Source: a candidate division FCPU426 bacterium
GTDB taxonomy: Bacteria > Oederibacteriota > JAAXVQ01 > JAUVAV01
Length of the DNA: 64,000 bases
Assembly (NCBI GenBank): GCA_040756875.1
Contig: JBFLYH010000001.1
Span: forward strand, 416,001-480,000
Reading direction: 5' to 3'
Shown: one piece after another, positions 11,015-20,405 of the stretch
Numbering within the stretch: position 1 is the first letter of the stretch
Layout: the number at the start of each line of letters is the position of its first letter
The notes under the pieces: model-generated
What the model was told of the DNA's origin: nothing
Seen by the model: the letters and a program-made list of their open reading frames with translations, nothing else
The model's database searches: none
Translations under genes and position numbers: made by a program

Positions 11015-12793
11015 ATGTTTCTTCTCCTTCGCCTGAGCCTGCGCAACCTTTTCCGGCAAAAGCGGCGCAACCTGCTGCTGGGGTCGGCCATGGCCATCGG
11101 CGTGGCCCTGCTGGTGCTGGCCAACGCGTTTTCCAACGGCTTGACCGACATCATGATGAACAAGGTGTTGCGCTGGGTCACCGGCCACGTGACCATCGGC
11201 GTTTATGAACGCGGGCGCATGATGTCGCAGGTTTTTCGCGATAAGACGGTGTTCGATTTCGTCCGCAAGGACTTCAAGGATGTGCTCCTGGAGAGCGAAG
11301 AGGCCATCGGGGTCATGGTGCGGGGCATCGGCAATGGCAAGGCCGATAACCTGATCCTCGTAGGCGTTGACATTGATCCGAATGAGGTTTTAGACGAGAA
11401 AGCGCTCAAGGAGATGGAGGAATCCTTCCACCTGGTCCAGGGACGGTGGGAGGACCTCAACGACGCCCGGTATGAAAACCCTGTCATTCTTTCCGAAGAC
11501 CGCTGCCGCTACCTCAACCTCAAACTGCACGACGTGGTGCGTTTGCGGCTGCGGAACATCTTCGGCCAGGACCAGGCCGCGCGCGCGACCGTGGTCGGCA
11601 TCATGACCACCGGCAATATTTTCATGGGCCCGGTGGTGTTCGGCAACGTGGAACAGGTCAAAACCCTGCTGGGCTACGACGAGCATTCCTGCGGCTCCAT
11701 CAACCTGACCCTGAAGGAGCCGCAGAAAAACGCCCGCTGGGTGGCGGACGCCATTCACGACCGGCTCCAGGCGCCGGGGCTGGCGGCCATTGCCGGCACC
11801 GCCGAAGCGGAGGACGGGCGCCGCGCCCGCGCACTGGTCATGGGATTCAACGGCAATTCGACCGAGGCCCAGGCCCTGGCGGCGCACCTGGAGATCCTGG
11901 CCGGGAGCATGGAAAAAACGCGGCTGGACAAAGCCGCCTGGGTGGCGCAGCCTTTGGCGCGGGAACTGGGCGTGGGCGTGGGAAGCGCCCTTTCGGTGCG
12001 CTACACGGACAAGTGGGGCGCCCCCACGGGCAATTTTACCCTGCGTGTGGGGGGGATTTTTCGGCCGGGCAAGCAGTGGGATCCGCGCGCGATTCTGCTT
12101 ACGGATCATCGCTTTTACGAGGCGTTTTACGCCCACTGGCCGAGGCCCATCACGACGGCCGACGGGTTCGTGCTGCCGGGCAAGGACCATCCGGACTACG
12201 ACTTTCTCTCGCCAGAATGGATCATGCTGCCGCGTACGTACACCACCGAAGATATGATGAAAAAAGCGCGGGAACTCGGAAAAGGCAAATGGCATGCGAC
12301 GGTCATTGACATCGGCACCATGTATGAAACAGCCGAAGAAATCCTGAAAATGCAGGGCGTCCTGAATCTGATCACCATTGCGGCCGTGCTGGTCTTATTC
12401 GCCATCATTTTGATCGGCGTGGTCAATACGCTGCGCATGACCATCCGCGAAAGGACGCGGGAAATCGGCACGATCAGGGCCATCGGCATGCAGCGCTCGG
12501 ACGTGCGCAACGCGTTCATCTACGAGACCATGCTGCTGGCGTTCTTTTCGTCGATCATGGGCGTGCTGCTGGCGCTCCTGGCCATGTGGGGCCTGTCTTC
12601 CATCACGCTGAATATGTCGGACAACCCCATGGGTATGTTCCTGGTCAAAGGCCATTTGTATTTCCTGCCGACACTGGGCAGCGTGGCCGGCTACACGCTG
12701 CTGATCATGGTTCTGGCCGGCGCGACAGCCTGGTTTCCGGCCCGCCGGGCCGCGCGGCTTGCTCCCGGCGCGGCATTAAGGCATTCGGAATGA
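11015..12793 (+). CDS. ABC transporter permease, LolC/E-FtsX family
   Basis: LSLRNLFRQKRR, ERTREIGTIRAIG, PARRAARL.P..AL. Confidence 0.92.
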   Translation: MFLLLRLSLRNLFRQKRRNLLLGSAMAIGVALLVLANAFSNGLTDIMMNKVLRWVTGHVTIGVYERGRMMSQVFRDKTVFDFVRKDFKDVLLESEEAIGVMVRGIGNGKADNLILVGVDIDPNEVLDEKALKEMEESFHLVQGRWEDLNDARYENPVILSEDRCRYLNLKLHDVVRLRLRNIFGQDQAARATVVGIMTTGNIFMGPVVFGNVEQVKTLLGYDEHSCGSINLTLKEPQKNARWVADAIHDRLQAPGLAAIAGTAEAEDGRRARALVMGFNGNSTEAQALAAHLEILAGSMEKTRLDKAAWVAQPLARELGVGVGSALSVRYTDKWGAPTGNFTLRVGGIFRPGKQWDPRAILLTDHRFYEAFYAHWPRPITTADGFVLPGKDHPDYDFLSPEWIMLPRTYTTEDMMKKARELGKGKWHATVIDIGTMYETAEEILKMQGVLNLITIAAVLVLFAIILIGVVNTLRMTIRERTREIGTIRAIGMQRSDVRNAFIYETMLLAFFSSIMGVLLALLAMWGLSSITLNMSDNPMGMFLVKGHLYFLPTLGSVAGYTLLIMVLAGATAWFPARRAARLAPGAALRHSE

Positions 12794-12854
12794 AACATCC
12801 GACCTGTCAGGCGGGTCCGACAGGTCAGACCCGTCGAAAAGAAGGAGAAAAACG

Positions 12855-13622
12855 GTGAGAACAATCGGAATTGCGCTGCTCTTTGCATTGCTCGCGCCGC
12901 TTCCGGCCTTGGCGGCCGAGGGGCCGGTAACCGGCATCCTGCGCGCGATCGACCACAACTATGAAATGCGGACCGACGGCCGGGCCGACGTAACGGTGAC
13001 CCAGCAGAAGGTGGACCAAGGCACGAAGGTGTTCGGCATGCAGTACTTTCGCCGGGACGCGGACGATTCCTTCCTGATCGTCATGACCGCCCCGGAAAAC
13101 GAGAAGGGCAACGGTTACCTGCGCGTGGGCGACAATTTCTGGATGTATCGCCGCAACACCCGCACCTTCCAGCACATCAACCGCGACGAGAGCATCGGCG
13201 GCACGGACGCCCGCGGCGATGACTTCGAGGAACGGAAAATGATGGAAATGTACGCGCCTGTCCTCGACCCGCAGGGGGGGGAAGCCATCGCCGAGGACCG
13301 GCTGGGCCAGGTGCCGGTCTATCGCTTCGAAGTGCGCGCCAAAATCGAGGATGTGGATTATCCGAAGAAAATTTACTGGGTTAGGCGGGATAACAGCCTG
13401 ATTTTAAAGGAAGAAGCCTATTCGCTCTCCGGTACGCTTATGCAAACGGCCTATTACCTGAAATACACCCAGGTTCAGGGCGCCTTCGTGGCGGTCAAAT
13501 TCCTGGTGATCGATGAATTCGAAAAAGGGAACAAGACCGTGGTGGACATAGCGAATATTTCCACCCGAAAACTGGATGACGCCATTTTTACCAAGCCTTA
13601 TCTGGAGAACTTGAGCAAATGA
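12855..13622 (+). CDS. Outer-membrane lipoprotein-sorting (LolA-like) periplasmic protein
   Basis: Signal peptide; AP..EKG.GYL..GDNFWMY, GTD...DD, GTLM.T..Y and F....LE motifs; operon context. Confidence 0.8.
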   Translation: MRTIGIALLFALLAPLPALAAEGPVTGILRAIDHNYEMRTDGRADVTVTQQKVDQGTKVFGMQYFRRDADDSFLIVMTAPENEKGNGYLRVGDNFWMYRRNTRTFQHINRDESIGGTDARGDDFEERKMMEMYAPVLDPQGGEAIAEDRLGQVPVYRFEVRAKIEDVDYPKKIYWVRRDNSLILKEEAYSLSGTLMQTAYYLKYTQVQGAFVAVKFLVIDEFEKGNKTVVDIANISTRKLDDAIFTKPYLENLSK

Positions 13623-14959
13623 AACGGGGCCTGATCCGTTTTTTTGCCGCCGTCCTGTTCATAGCCCTGGCGCTGCCGGTTGGAACCCGGGCTGATGACC
13701 GGCAGGCGCTGGAAGATTCGCTCTTCGACAACCCGGATGCCATGGTGCAGGCCCAGCCTGAACCCGACTCTTCGGCCATGCCCATGCCGGAGGAAAAAAC
13801 CGGGGTGGGATTCTCGGGCGAGATCACCAGCGTCATCGCGGATGCGCTCGGCCGCACCCAGGCTGCTGACACGCTGTATACCTATACGGTCGGCGACGTC
13901 TTTCTGGATGCCCGTCTGGCCCAGGGCGCCAAGGTTTTCGCCGACCTGGAAGCGATGTACTACGCCCAAACCCAGCTCACGCAGGTGTCGCTGCAGGAAT
14001 TCTTTTGCGACTTCAATTTCGACCGGGCCGTTTATTTTCGCGCCGGCAAGCAGGTGCTGCAGTGGGGGCGATGCACGCTCTGGAACCCCACGGACCTGGT
14101 CAACATCGACCGGCCGGTGTTCATCCGGCGGATCGGGACCCGCGAGGGCGCCTATGGCCTGAAGTTTCACGTGCCTTACGGGACCGTGTTCAATTTGTAC
14201 GGGTTTGTGGATACGGCGGCAGCCGTGTCCGCGGAAAAAACCGCCGTGGCCCTGAAAGCCGAATATCTGCTGGGCAATTTCGAAATGGCCTTTTCAGGCT
14301 GGGCGAAAAAAGGCTCGGTTCCCGTTTGGGGGGCTGATTTTTCCACGCGCGTTTTCGGCTTGGATCTCGTCGGTGAAGCCAGTGTTTCCCGGGGCGATTT
14401 GAAACCCAGGCTCGAAGTGAACGGCGGCGAGTTGCTGCTGCGCGAGGACCCGGAGGCTTGGCGTCCCCGCGTCAGCGCGAACCTTTCCCGGGGGTTCCGG
14501 GTGGGTGATTTCGACGACCGGCTGCTGGTGGCAGTCGAGGCTTATTACAACGGCGCCGGGCTGCCGGCTGACGTTCTATCCGATCAAACCGCCTACCCAT
14601 TGGCTGCCCCCTGGGTTGCAAGCGATGAAAGCGGGCAATTGCTGCCGGTCACTTCCGCCACCAGGAAAATGGCGCTCGAGTATTACCGGCTCCGCGAGCC
14701 CAACAATCTCTCGCCCTGGTATACCGCGGTGTTTGTGACGTTCAGCCGTTTTCTTTTGACGGATATGACGGCCACAGGAAATTACTTGCGCAATCTGCTC
14801 GATCAGTCCAGCGTGGCCAGCGTGGGCCTCACCTACAGCCGCCTGAACGGATTCAGCATCGGTGCCCTGGTCAACGCCTACTTCGGCGAACCGGAGCGGG
14901 AATACACTGTGGACGGCGGGAAACTGGAAGGCCAGCTGACTTTTTCCCTGGTGTTTTAA
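13619..14959 (+). CDS. Putative outer-membrane beta-barrel protein
   Basis: Signal peptide; RAGKQVLQWG....NPTD motif; amphipathic strands; terminal Phe (TFSLVF); ATGA overlap. Confidence 0.7.
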   Translation: MKRGLIRFFAAVLFIALALPVGTRADDRQALEDSLFDNPDAMVQAQPEPDSSAMPMPEEKTGVGFSGEITSVIADALGRTQAADTLYTYTVGDVFLDARLAQGAKVFADLEAMYYAQTQLTQVSLQEFFCDFNFDRAVYFRAGKQVLQWGRCTLWNPTDLVNIDRPVFIRRIGTREGAYGLKFHVPYGTVFNLYGFVDTAAAVSAEKTAVALKAEYLLGNFEMAFSGWAKKGSVPVWGADFSTRVFGLDLVGEASVSRGDLKPRLEVNGGELLLREDPEAWRPRVSANLSRGFRVGDFDDRLLVAVEAYYNGAGLPADVLSDQTAYPLAAPWVASDESGQLLPVTSATRKMALEYYRLREPNNLSPWYTAVFVTFSRFLLTDMTATGNYLRNLLDQSSVASVGLTYSRLNGFSIGALVNAYFGEPEREYTVDGGKLEGQLTFSLVF

Positions 14960-14998
14960 GCCTCGCAGAGAAATCATACGAGAAACAGGAGAAGCTGG

Positions 14999-15904
14999 AT
15001 GTCCAAACTGAAGGCTTATTTATTGGAATTAAGGGCGCCCTTTCTGACTGTGAGCATATTGCCGGTGGCCGTGGGTACGGCCGCGGCTTTTTACCGGAAT
15101 CGCAACGTGGAATGGCTGGATTTCATCCTGGTGCTGGCGACGTTTGTTTTTCTTCACCTGGGGGCTAATGTCTGGAACGATTATTGGGATGACCGCAACG
15201 GGACTGACCGCGTGAACGGGGAGTTTGTTTTTCCCTTTACCGGAGGCAGCCGTTTGCTCCAGCAAGGTCTGTTGCGACCGGGCGAAGTCTGGGGCTTGGG
15301 CGCAGTCATGTATGCGGCCGCCCTGATTACGGGCGGTATGCTGGCAGCCAGGCACGGTTACGGATTGTGGGCCGTATGGCTGGCGGGGATGCTTTCCGGC
15401 GCGTTTTACACGGCGCCGCCGTTCAAGTGGGTGCATAAGGGCTGGGGGGAATTCCTGGTGGGTTTCAGTTTCGGCCCCTTGCCGGTCGCCACGGCTTATT
15501 TCATCCAAACCGGCCGCCTGGACCCATGGCTGCTTTTGCTTTCGCTGCCCCTGGGGTTCCTGGCTGCCGCCATTTTGTTCATCAACCAGTTTCCTGATTA
15601 CCGTGCGGACAAGGCCAGCGGGAAGCACCATTGGGTGGTTCGCCTCGGACGGGCGAACGCCCGTTGGCTGTTTTTTGGATTGCTCGCCGCCGCCTACGCA
15701 GCCCTGGCCTTCCTGCCGGCAACGGGCGCGGGCTTGCGCCTGCTCTGGATGGCGTTCATCGGCCTTCCGCTCGCCGTTCTGGCCTTGAAGGTTTTATGGG
15801 CAAACCACTCCGACTCCTCCAAACTCGCGCCAGCCTGCATTTCCACCATCGCCCTGCATCTGGTCACCACTCTGGCATTGTGCGGAGTTCTGATTTTCAG
15901 CTGA
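14999..15904 (+). CDS. menA: UbiA-family prenyltransferase, DHNA octaprenyltransferase-like
   Basis: LRAPFL, NDYWDD..GTD, TGGSR, YTAPPFK, NQFPDY.AD..SGK..W.VRLG; multiple TM helices. Confidence 0.78.
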   Translation: MSKLKAYLLELRAPFLTVSILPVAVGTAAAFYRNRNVEWLDFILVLATFVFLHLGANVWNDYWDDRNGTDRVNGEFVFPFTGGSRLLQQGLLRPGEVWGLGAVMYAAALITGGMLAARHGYGLWAVWLAGMLSGAFYTAPPFKWVHKGWGEFLVGFSFGPLPVATAYFIQTGRLDPWLLLLSLPLGFLAAAILFINQFPDYRADKASGKHHWVVRLGRANARWLFFGLLAAAYAALAFLPATGAGLRLLWMAFIGLPLAVLALKVLWANHSDSSKLAPACISTIALHLVTTLALCGVLIFS

Positions 15905-15918
15905 ACCGTCCGGAACCA

Positions 15919-16329
15919 TTATTCCAGGGAATGAACCTGGAATAAAGACGCGTACTGCTTGTCCTGTCCCTGAATATGTCCGAACCACCACTTTTTCAGG
16001 AAATCCAGCACATCCAAAGACAGCGATTTGGCTCCGTTTTGCGCCAGGGCCGCCCGGATGGCGGAGGTTTTAAAGGACATCCAACGGTGGAGAGCGCGGT
16101 GACTTTGCAGGTGCGGGTAGGCAAGGCTTTCCAGCAGGGATTCTTCGGCCTCGAAATGGGTTTGCGTATATTCGGCAAGCTGGTCGAGCAGCTTGGGTAG
16201 CAGATGGGTCGGCTGGTCGCCGTGCAGGATATCGTAGAGGCTGTTGATCAATGAAATGATCGTTTGGTGCTGCTGATCGAGCACCGGATGGTTGACACTG
16301 AAGGTTTGATTCCAAATGAGCAATTTCAT
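15919..16329 (-). CDS. Bacteriohemerythrin (single domain)
   Basis: W...SV....LD.QH, HF..EE, H...H, W..HI...D; all di-iron ligands present. Confidence 0.93.
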   Translation of the reverse strand: MKLLIWNQTFSVNHPVLDQQHQTIISLINSLYDILHGDQPTHLLPKLLDQLAEYTQTHFEAEESLLESLAYPHLQSHRALHRWMSFKTSAIRAALAQNGAKSLSLDVLDFLKKWWFGHIQGQDKQYASLFQVHSLE

Positions 16330-16490
16330 GGGGCCGCACCCGTCAATACGAAGGTCAGTATAAGTATCGTGACATTCCCAGGGCGGATAAGCGGATTATT
16401 TGTTGCAATTCGTGCCGGAAGCGCTAATTGGAGGCCGGGAAGTGACGTTAATGACAAAGAGAAGGAACCCGGAGCTTGGCAAACCAAAGG

Positions 16491-17252
16491 ATGTCAAACG
16501 TGAACAACCTGCGGGAGTTTGCGTCGCCGGAAAGCCTGTATTTGATGTTTGTCGACGGCAGCCAGCTTTATCTGACGCGCGAACATATTGACAAGGCGGC
16601 TGCCCGCTTTTGGGAGGATCCGGCCGCCCTGTCCGATTCTGTTAAAGCGGCGGCGGAATTCAAGCGTTGCGAGGGCTGCACCCTGGAAGCGGGGGAGGGG
16701 ATTTGCGACGCCCTGCGGCCGGTGCTGCCGTTGCTGGAGCATATCGACAAGTTCACCTCCGTTGACCCGGTGCAAGTGGTGTATACAGGGCACGATCCCG
16801 ACATCCTGCATTTTTCCCATACCGATGCCCAGACGGCGTTGGCCTATGTCTCCCTGCTCAGCCTGATTCATTATTGCCGGGCCGGTCGCAAGTTCAGAAA
16901 ATACTTTTACGACATCACTCCGCTGATATCGGCCTCGGACCTGGCCCGCCGTCTCTATCTCAATATTTACTGGCTCTACCAGGGCAATGCCGGGGAGATC
17001 AAAGCGGTCATTACACACTTCAGCGAAAGCATTCGGCAGCTCAGCCAAAACCAAGTCAGGCGGTTGAGTTTGATTTCGAAAAATGATGTTTTCAACAATG
17101 CCTTGGTTAAAACGCATACAGCCACGGCCCTGCTCATGCTGGGAATTGAAAAACAAACGGCGCAGGCGTTCGCACGGTATGAGGAAACCGGTTTTTCTGC
17201 CTCTCCGCCGCGCAAGGATAACCCGCCCAGTCCGGACATGCTCGCCTCCTGA
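16491..17252 (+). CDS. Hypothetical Cys-containing protein (DUF6901-like)
   Basis: CEGC..C cluster, F.S..PV.V, T.AQ..L and a further Cys; start uncertain (16476/16491/16500). Confidence 0.6.
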   Translation: MSNVNNLREFASPESLYLMFVDGSQLYLTREHIDKAAARFWEDPAALSDSVKAAAEFKRCEGCTLEAGEGICDALRPVLPLLEHIDKFTSVDPVQVVYTGHDPDILHFSHTDAQTALAYVSLLSLIHYCRAGRKFRKYFYDITPLISASDLARRLYLNIYWLYQGNAGEIKAVITHFSESIRQLSQNQVRRLSLISKNDVFNNALVKTHTATALLMLGIEKQTAQAFARYEETGFSASPPRKDNPPSPDMLAS

Positions 17253-17346
17253 ATGAACAAGCAGGGCCATCGGCCTGCTTGCATCCTCGCTTAAAAGCGG
17301 CGATAATAGCCTCCAGCCTGTACTCCCTGGATTTGGAGGATAAAAA

Positions 17347-17910
17347 ATGAATCCTGTGCTGGATGCCATTCATCAACGCCGGTCAGTCCGCTGGTACGAA
17401 AACAAGCCTATCCCATTGCCGATTTTGGAAACCATTGTCCAGGCCGGCAATGCCGCGCCTTCCGGAAACAACGGGCAACCCTGGCGGTTCGTCGTGGTCA
17501 CGGACCAGGCTTTCAGGCAGAAGCTCGCCCACCTGGCTTTGCCGAGATACAAACACTGGATCTCGCGGGCTTCGGAAGACCTGCAGGCGCGGCGCCGGGA
17601 GATCGACGCCAAAGTGATGGATCCGGTGTATTATGAAGCGCCGGCGATCATCTTTGTCCTGGGCGGGGGTATGTCCAGCGATCTGGATTGTCCCATGGCT
17701 TGCCTCAATATGATGCTGGCGGCCCGTTCGCTGGGTATTGGCAGCTGTTGGGTGTATTTCGGCCAGCTTGTGACCGATGACCCGGAGATTCGCCAGGCGC
17801 TCGAAGTGAAGGAAGGGGAGAAGGTTTTCGGCCCGATTGTGCTGGGCTATCCCCGGGGTGAATTTCCGGAAGCTCCCGCCAAGAAGGCCCCGGCGATAAA
17901 ATGGATATAA
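17347..17910 (+). CDS. Nitroreductase family protein
   Basis: RRSVR.Y, APSG.N.QPWRF, N.MLAA.SLGIGSCW, LGYP; GGAGG RBS. Confidence 0.95.
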   Translation: MNPVLDAIHQRRSVRWYENKPIPLPILETIVQAGNAAPSGNNGQPWRFVVVTDQAFRQKLAHLALPRYKHWISRASEDLQARRREIDAKVMDPVYYEAPAIIFVLGGGMSSDLDCPMACLNMMLAARSLGIGSCWVYFGQLVTDDPEIRQALEVKEGEKVFGPIVLGYPRGEFPEAPAKKAPAIKWI

Positions 17911-18008
17911 CTCCTACGCAGAAAATACACGGTTGAAATCCGGAGGTTTTTCCGGAATCTGTTTTTAACTGCGGGAACCCCCGGCCGAAGTCTTCCTCGC
18001 GGAGAGTT

Positions 18009-18224
18009 TCACGCGCCTGTCAAAGGTCCCACTCTTTCCAGTTCGCCTGGCAGCAAATCCGTCGGGACTTGGTTGAAACCGATTTTGGATCCGACCTGAT
18101 AACGGGCGCAACTCTGAAAATCGTGCATGCAATAGCGAATCTTGTAAAGGGAAGCAAAACGCGGCGGATTAATGGTTTGATCGGAAAAAAATGGGCAGGT
18201 TTTAAACCGCGGGCACTCCTCCAT
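18009..18224 (-). CDS. Small 4-Cys protein, paralog A
   Basis: MEECPRFKTCPFF...YCMHDFQSCARY...VPTDLLP; GAGGTG RBS; paralogous to 18440-18658. Confidence 0.75.
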   Translation of the reverse strand: MEECPRFKTCPFFSDQTINPPRFASLYKIRYCMHDFQSCARYQVGSKIGFNQVPTDLLPGELERVGPLTGA

Positions 18225-18290
18225 GGCGCTCACCTCGGTTTCCCGGTAATCACCGAGCAGCCGCTTTTTCTACAACCGTTTCATACCTTC

Positions 18291-18318
18291 ATTATATCCT
18301 ACCTGAAATATGAAACAA
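18291..18318 (-). promoter_or_regulatory. Putative sigma70 promoter for small Cys protein A
   Basis: Minus strand TTGTTT-N16-TATAAT. Confidence 0.45.
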
Positions 18319-18439
18319 GGTCCTTTTACACGCGGATCTGCGTAATGTCGAAACCACCAGTCGAAACCCGCTGCGGCAACCACAGGAAGTCCCTGAAGGA
18401 CAAGCCGCGAGGTTTTGGCGAGAGGCGACGAAAACAGGG

Positions 18440-18658
18440 TCAGTTGTTAGCGATGAATTCGTGAGCTTTCTGCATTTGGTTGGGCAAGAGGTCCTCGGGA
18501 ACCGCTTTGACGCCCAATACTTGAGCTACCAGATACCGGGCACAGGTATCAAATTGGTTCATGCAGAAACTGATTTTATATAGTAGGGTTAACGAAGGCA
18601 TGTTTTTCATCTTCTCATTGTAGAAAGGGCATTCTCTGGCGCGGGGGCAGTCACTCAT
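18440..18658 (-). CDS. Small 4-Cys protein, paralog B
   Basis: MSDCPRARECPFY...FCMNQFDTCARY...VPEDLLPN; GGTGGAG RBS. Confidence 0.75.
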   Translation of the reverse strand: MSDCPRARECPFYNEKMKNMPSLTLLYKISFCMNQFDTCARYLVAQVLGVKAVPEDLLPNQMQKAHEFIANN

Positions 18659-18893
18659 ATATTCTCCACCACTTGTCAATATTGTTAACTATACAATAAA
18701 AAGGGCGGTCACACAATCCAAAAAATGAATAATGACATTATATTAAAAAGATAAAAATAAATTTATTAAAAATGACCAATTAATTACGATGCTGCCATGT
18801 ATAAAAAAATGGTTATATCTACGGCAATATGCACGTGTATATGTCATGCTCAATAAACCAGGCGATGTTCAAGGGAGTATTTTCTGACAGGTC

Positions 18894-20270
18894 CTATTTA
18901 TGCAGTTTTACGATGACTGCTTTCTTGGAAGGGAAAGAACGGATTTCTCCATTGGCCAATTCCAGACGTAATTGGTAGATATAAACGCCTGGTGCCGCAT
19001 TCCTGAGGGACCATAGGCTGCGGCCCAATCCCGCCTGAGCGTGTTCCTGCCTTATGGTTTTTACCTTTTCGCCGGCTACGTTGAAAATGTCGATGATCGA
19101 AGTTCCGGCCGAAGGCAAAAGATAATGAAAATACAAGGTGTCGCCCGTGGCAGGCTGGGGGAAAGCGATCACGTCTTTCTCGCTTGATACCAGGGCCTGG
19201 GAGGTGGAAGAAGGCGTGGCCGATACAAACAGGGTCGGAGTGGGTGTGGCGGTCGTTGAAGGGCTTATCGTGCTGGTGGGTGAAATGCTGGCTGTGGGAG
19301 AGTGAGTGAGCGTCGGCGGTTGGGTGAAGGTCGCGGAAGGCACGGGGGTGAGGGTGACCGTGGCCGTGGGCGTTGCCGTAAACGTGCCGGGTGGAGTCGC
19401 GGAAGCTGTCGGCGTGGGACTGCTGGTGCGCGTGGGCGTGACCGTACGCGTGGGCGTGGCGGTGGCGGTTGGCGTATGCGTATCCGTGACGGTCACGGTG
19501 GGCGTGGGCGGGTCAGCGCCGGCCAGGAAATTTTGCATGATTTCGGAGGCGGACAACGCCCGGTTGTATACCGCAGCCAGGTAAATGTCGCCCAGCCAGG
19601 AGCGGTCGTCCCAGGAAAGCTCGTTGGCCAGGGCGAACTGGTAGCTGGAGTCCCAAGTGGAGAGATCGCCGGTTTTGCTCATGTGCGTATTCGAAATGCC
19701 GTCGACGTAAATGTCCAATTGCCCCGCGTTGTCGAAGGTCGCGGCCACATGGTGCAGGTCGACGGAAAGCGCGTTGCTGGTGCTGTACAAATAGGGGCTG
19801 CCATTCAGCGTGGAGGTCGAGGTCCGAAGCCGCCACACGAGGGTGTCCTGGCTTTGGCCGAGCGTGAAATTCCGGTAACTGCCGTCCAAGGACAGAGTGA
19901 GAATGCGCGCCGGCCCGCCCTGAGTGATGTTCGCCGGGATAACCCAGGCTTCGACCGTGATCTGGTTGGTGCTCATGCAGGCATTGATGATTTTGGTTCC
20001 GGCCCCGACCGAGGCGAAGACCGTGGTGGTGTTCACGCGCACGCCGCCCGTGATCCAGGTCGTGGCGGTCGGAGTGTTGTTGTAGATTTCCAGCGGCGGC
20101 GCCACGCCGGATACGTCGTGGACGGTCGTGCCGCTGCCTTCCTCCAGCGTATACAAGGCGACCAAGCCGCTGGTCACCCGGTCCGCATTCGCCGGCAGCC
20201 CGAAGCTGAAAACTCCGCCGCCTGCCAGGATCAGGACGGCGGCTATATGTCCGAAGCGGTTGTGCCTCAT
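18894..20270 (-). CDS. Secreted LamG-like jellyroll protein with Thr/Pro linker and T9SS-type C-terminal domain
   Basis: Signal peptide; GLVALY..EEGSG, ITVEAWV.P, HHVAATF, YVDG, YNRALSA.EI; Thr/Pro tract; FPQPA...IDIFNVAGEKV...APGVYIY tail; ATG 20273 is an alternative start. Confidence 0.85.
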   Translation of the reverse strand: MRHNRFGHIAAVLILAGGGVFSFGLPANADRVTSGLVALYTLEEGSGTTVHDVSGVAPPLEIYNNTPTATTWITGGVRVNTTTVFASVGAGTKIINACMSTNQITVEAWVIPANITQGGPARILTLSLDGSYRNFTLGQSQDTLVWRLRTSTSTLNGSPYLYSTSNALSVDLHHVAATFDNAGQLDIYVDGISNTHMSKTGDLSTWDSSYQFALANELSWDDRSWLGDIYLAAVYNRALSASEIMQNFLAGADPPTPTVTVTDTHTPTATATPTRTVTPTRTSSPTPTASATPPGTFTATPTATVTLTPVPSATFTQPPTLTHSPTASISPTSTISPSTTATPTPTLFVSATPSSTSQALVSSEKDVIAFPQPATGDTLYFHYLLPSAGTSIIDIFNVAGEKVKTIRQEHAQAGLGRSLWSLRNAAPGVYIYQLRLELANGEIRSFPSKKAVIVKLHK

Positions 20271-20405
20271 CATTCGAGTATAGCAGAAAATGATTTCTTG
20301 GCTACCCCTTAAATAATAATGCCCCCGGGGGCGGCGAACCCAGTTGCCTGGACCATGTCTTTAAGCTAAAATACCGCAATTGCTCTAAAGGACAGGGAGG
20401 CTGAC

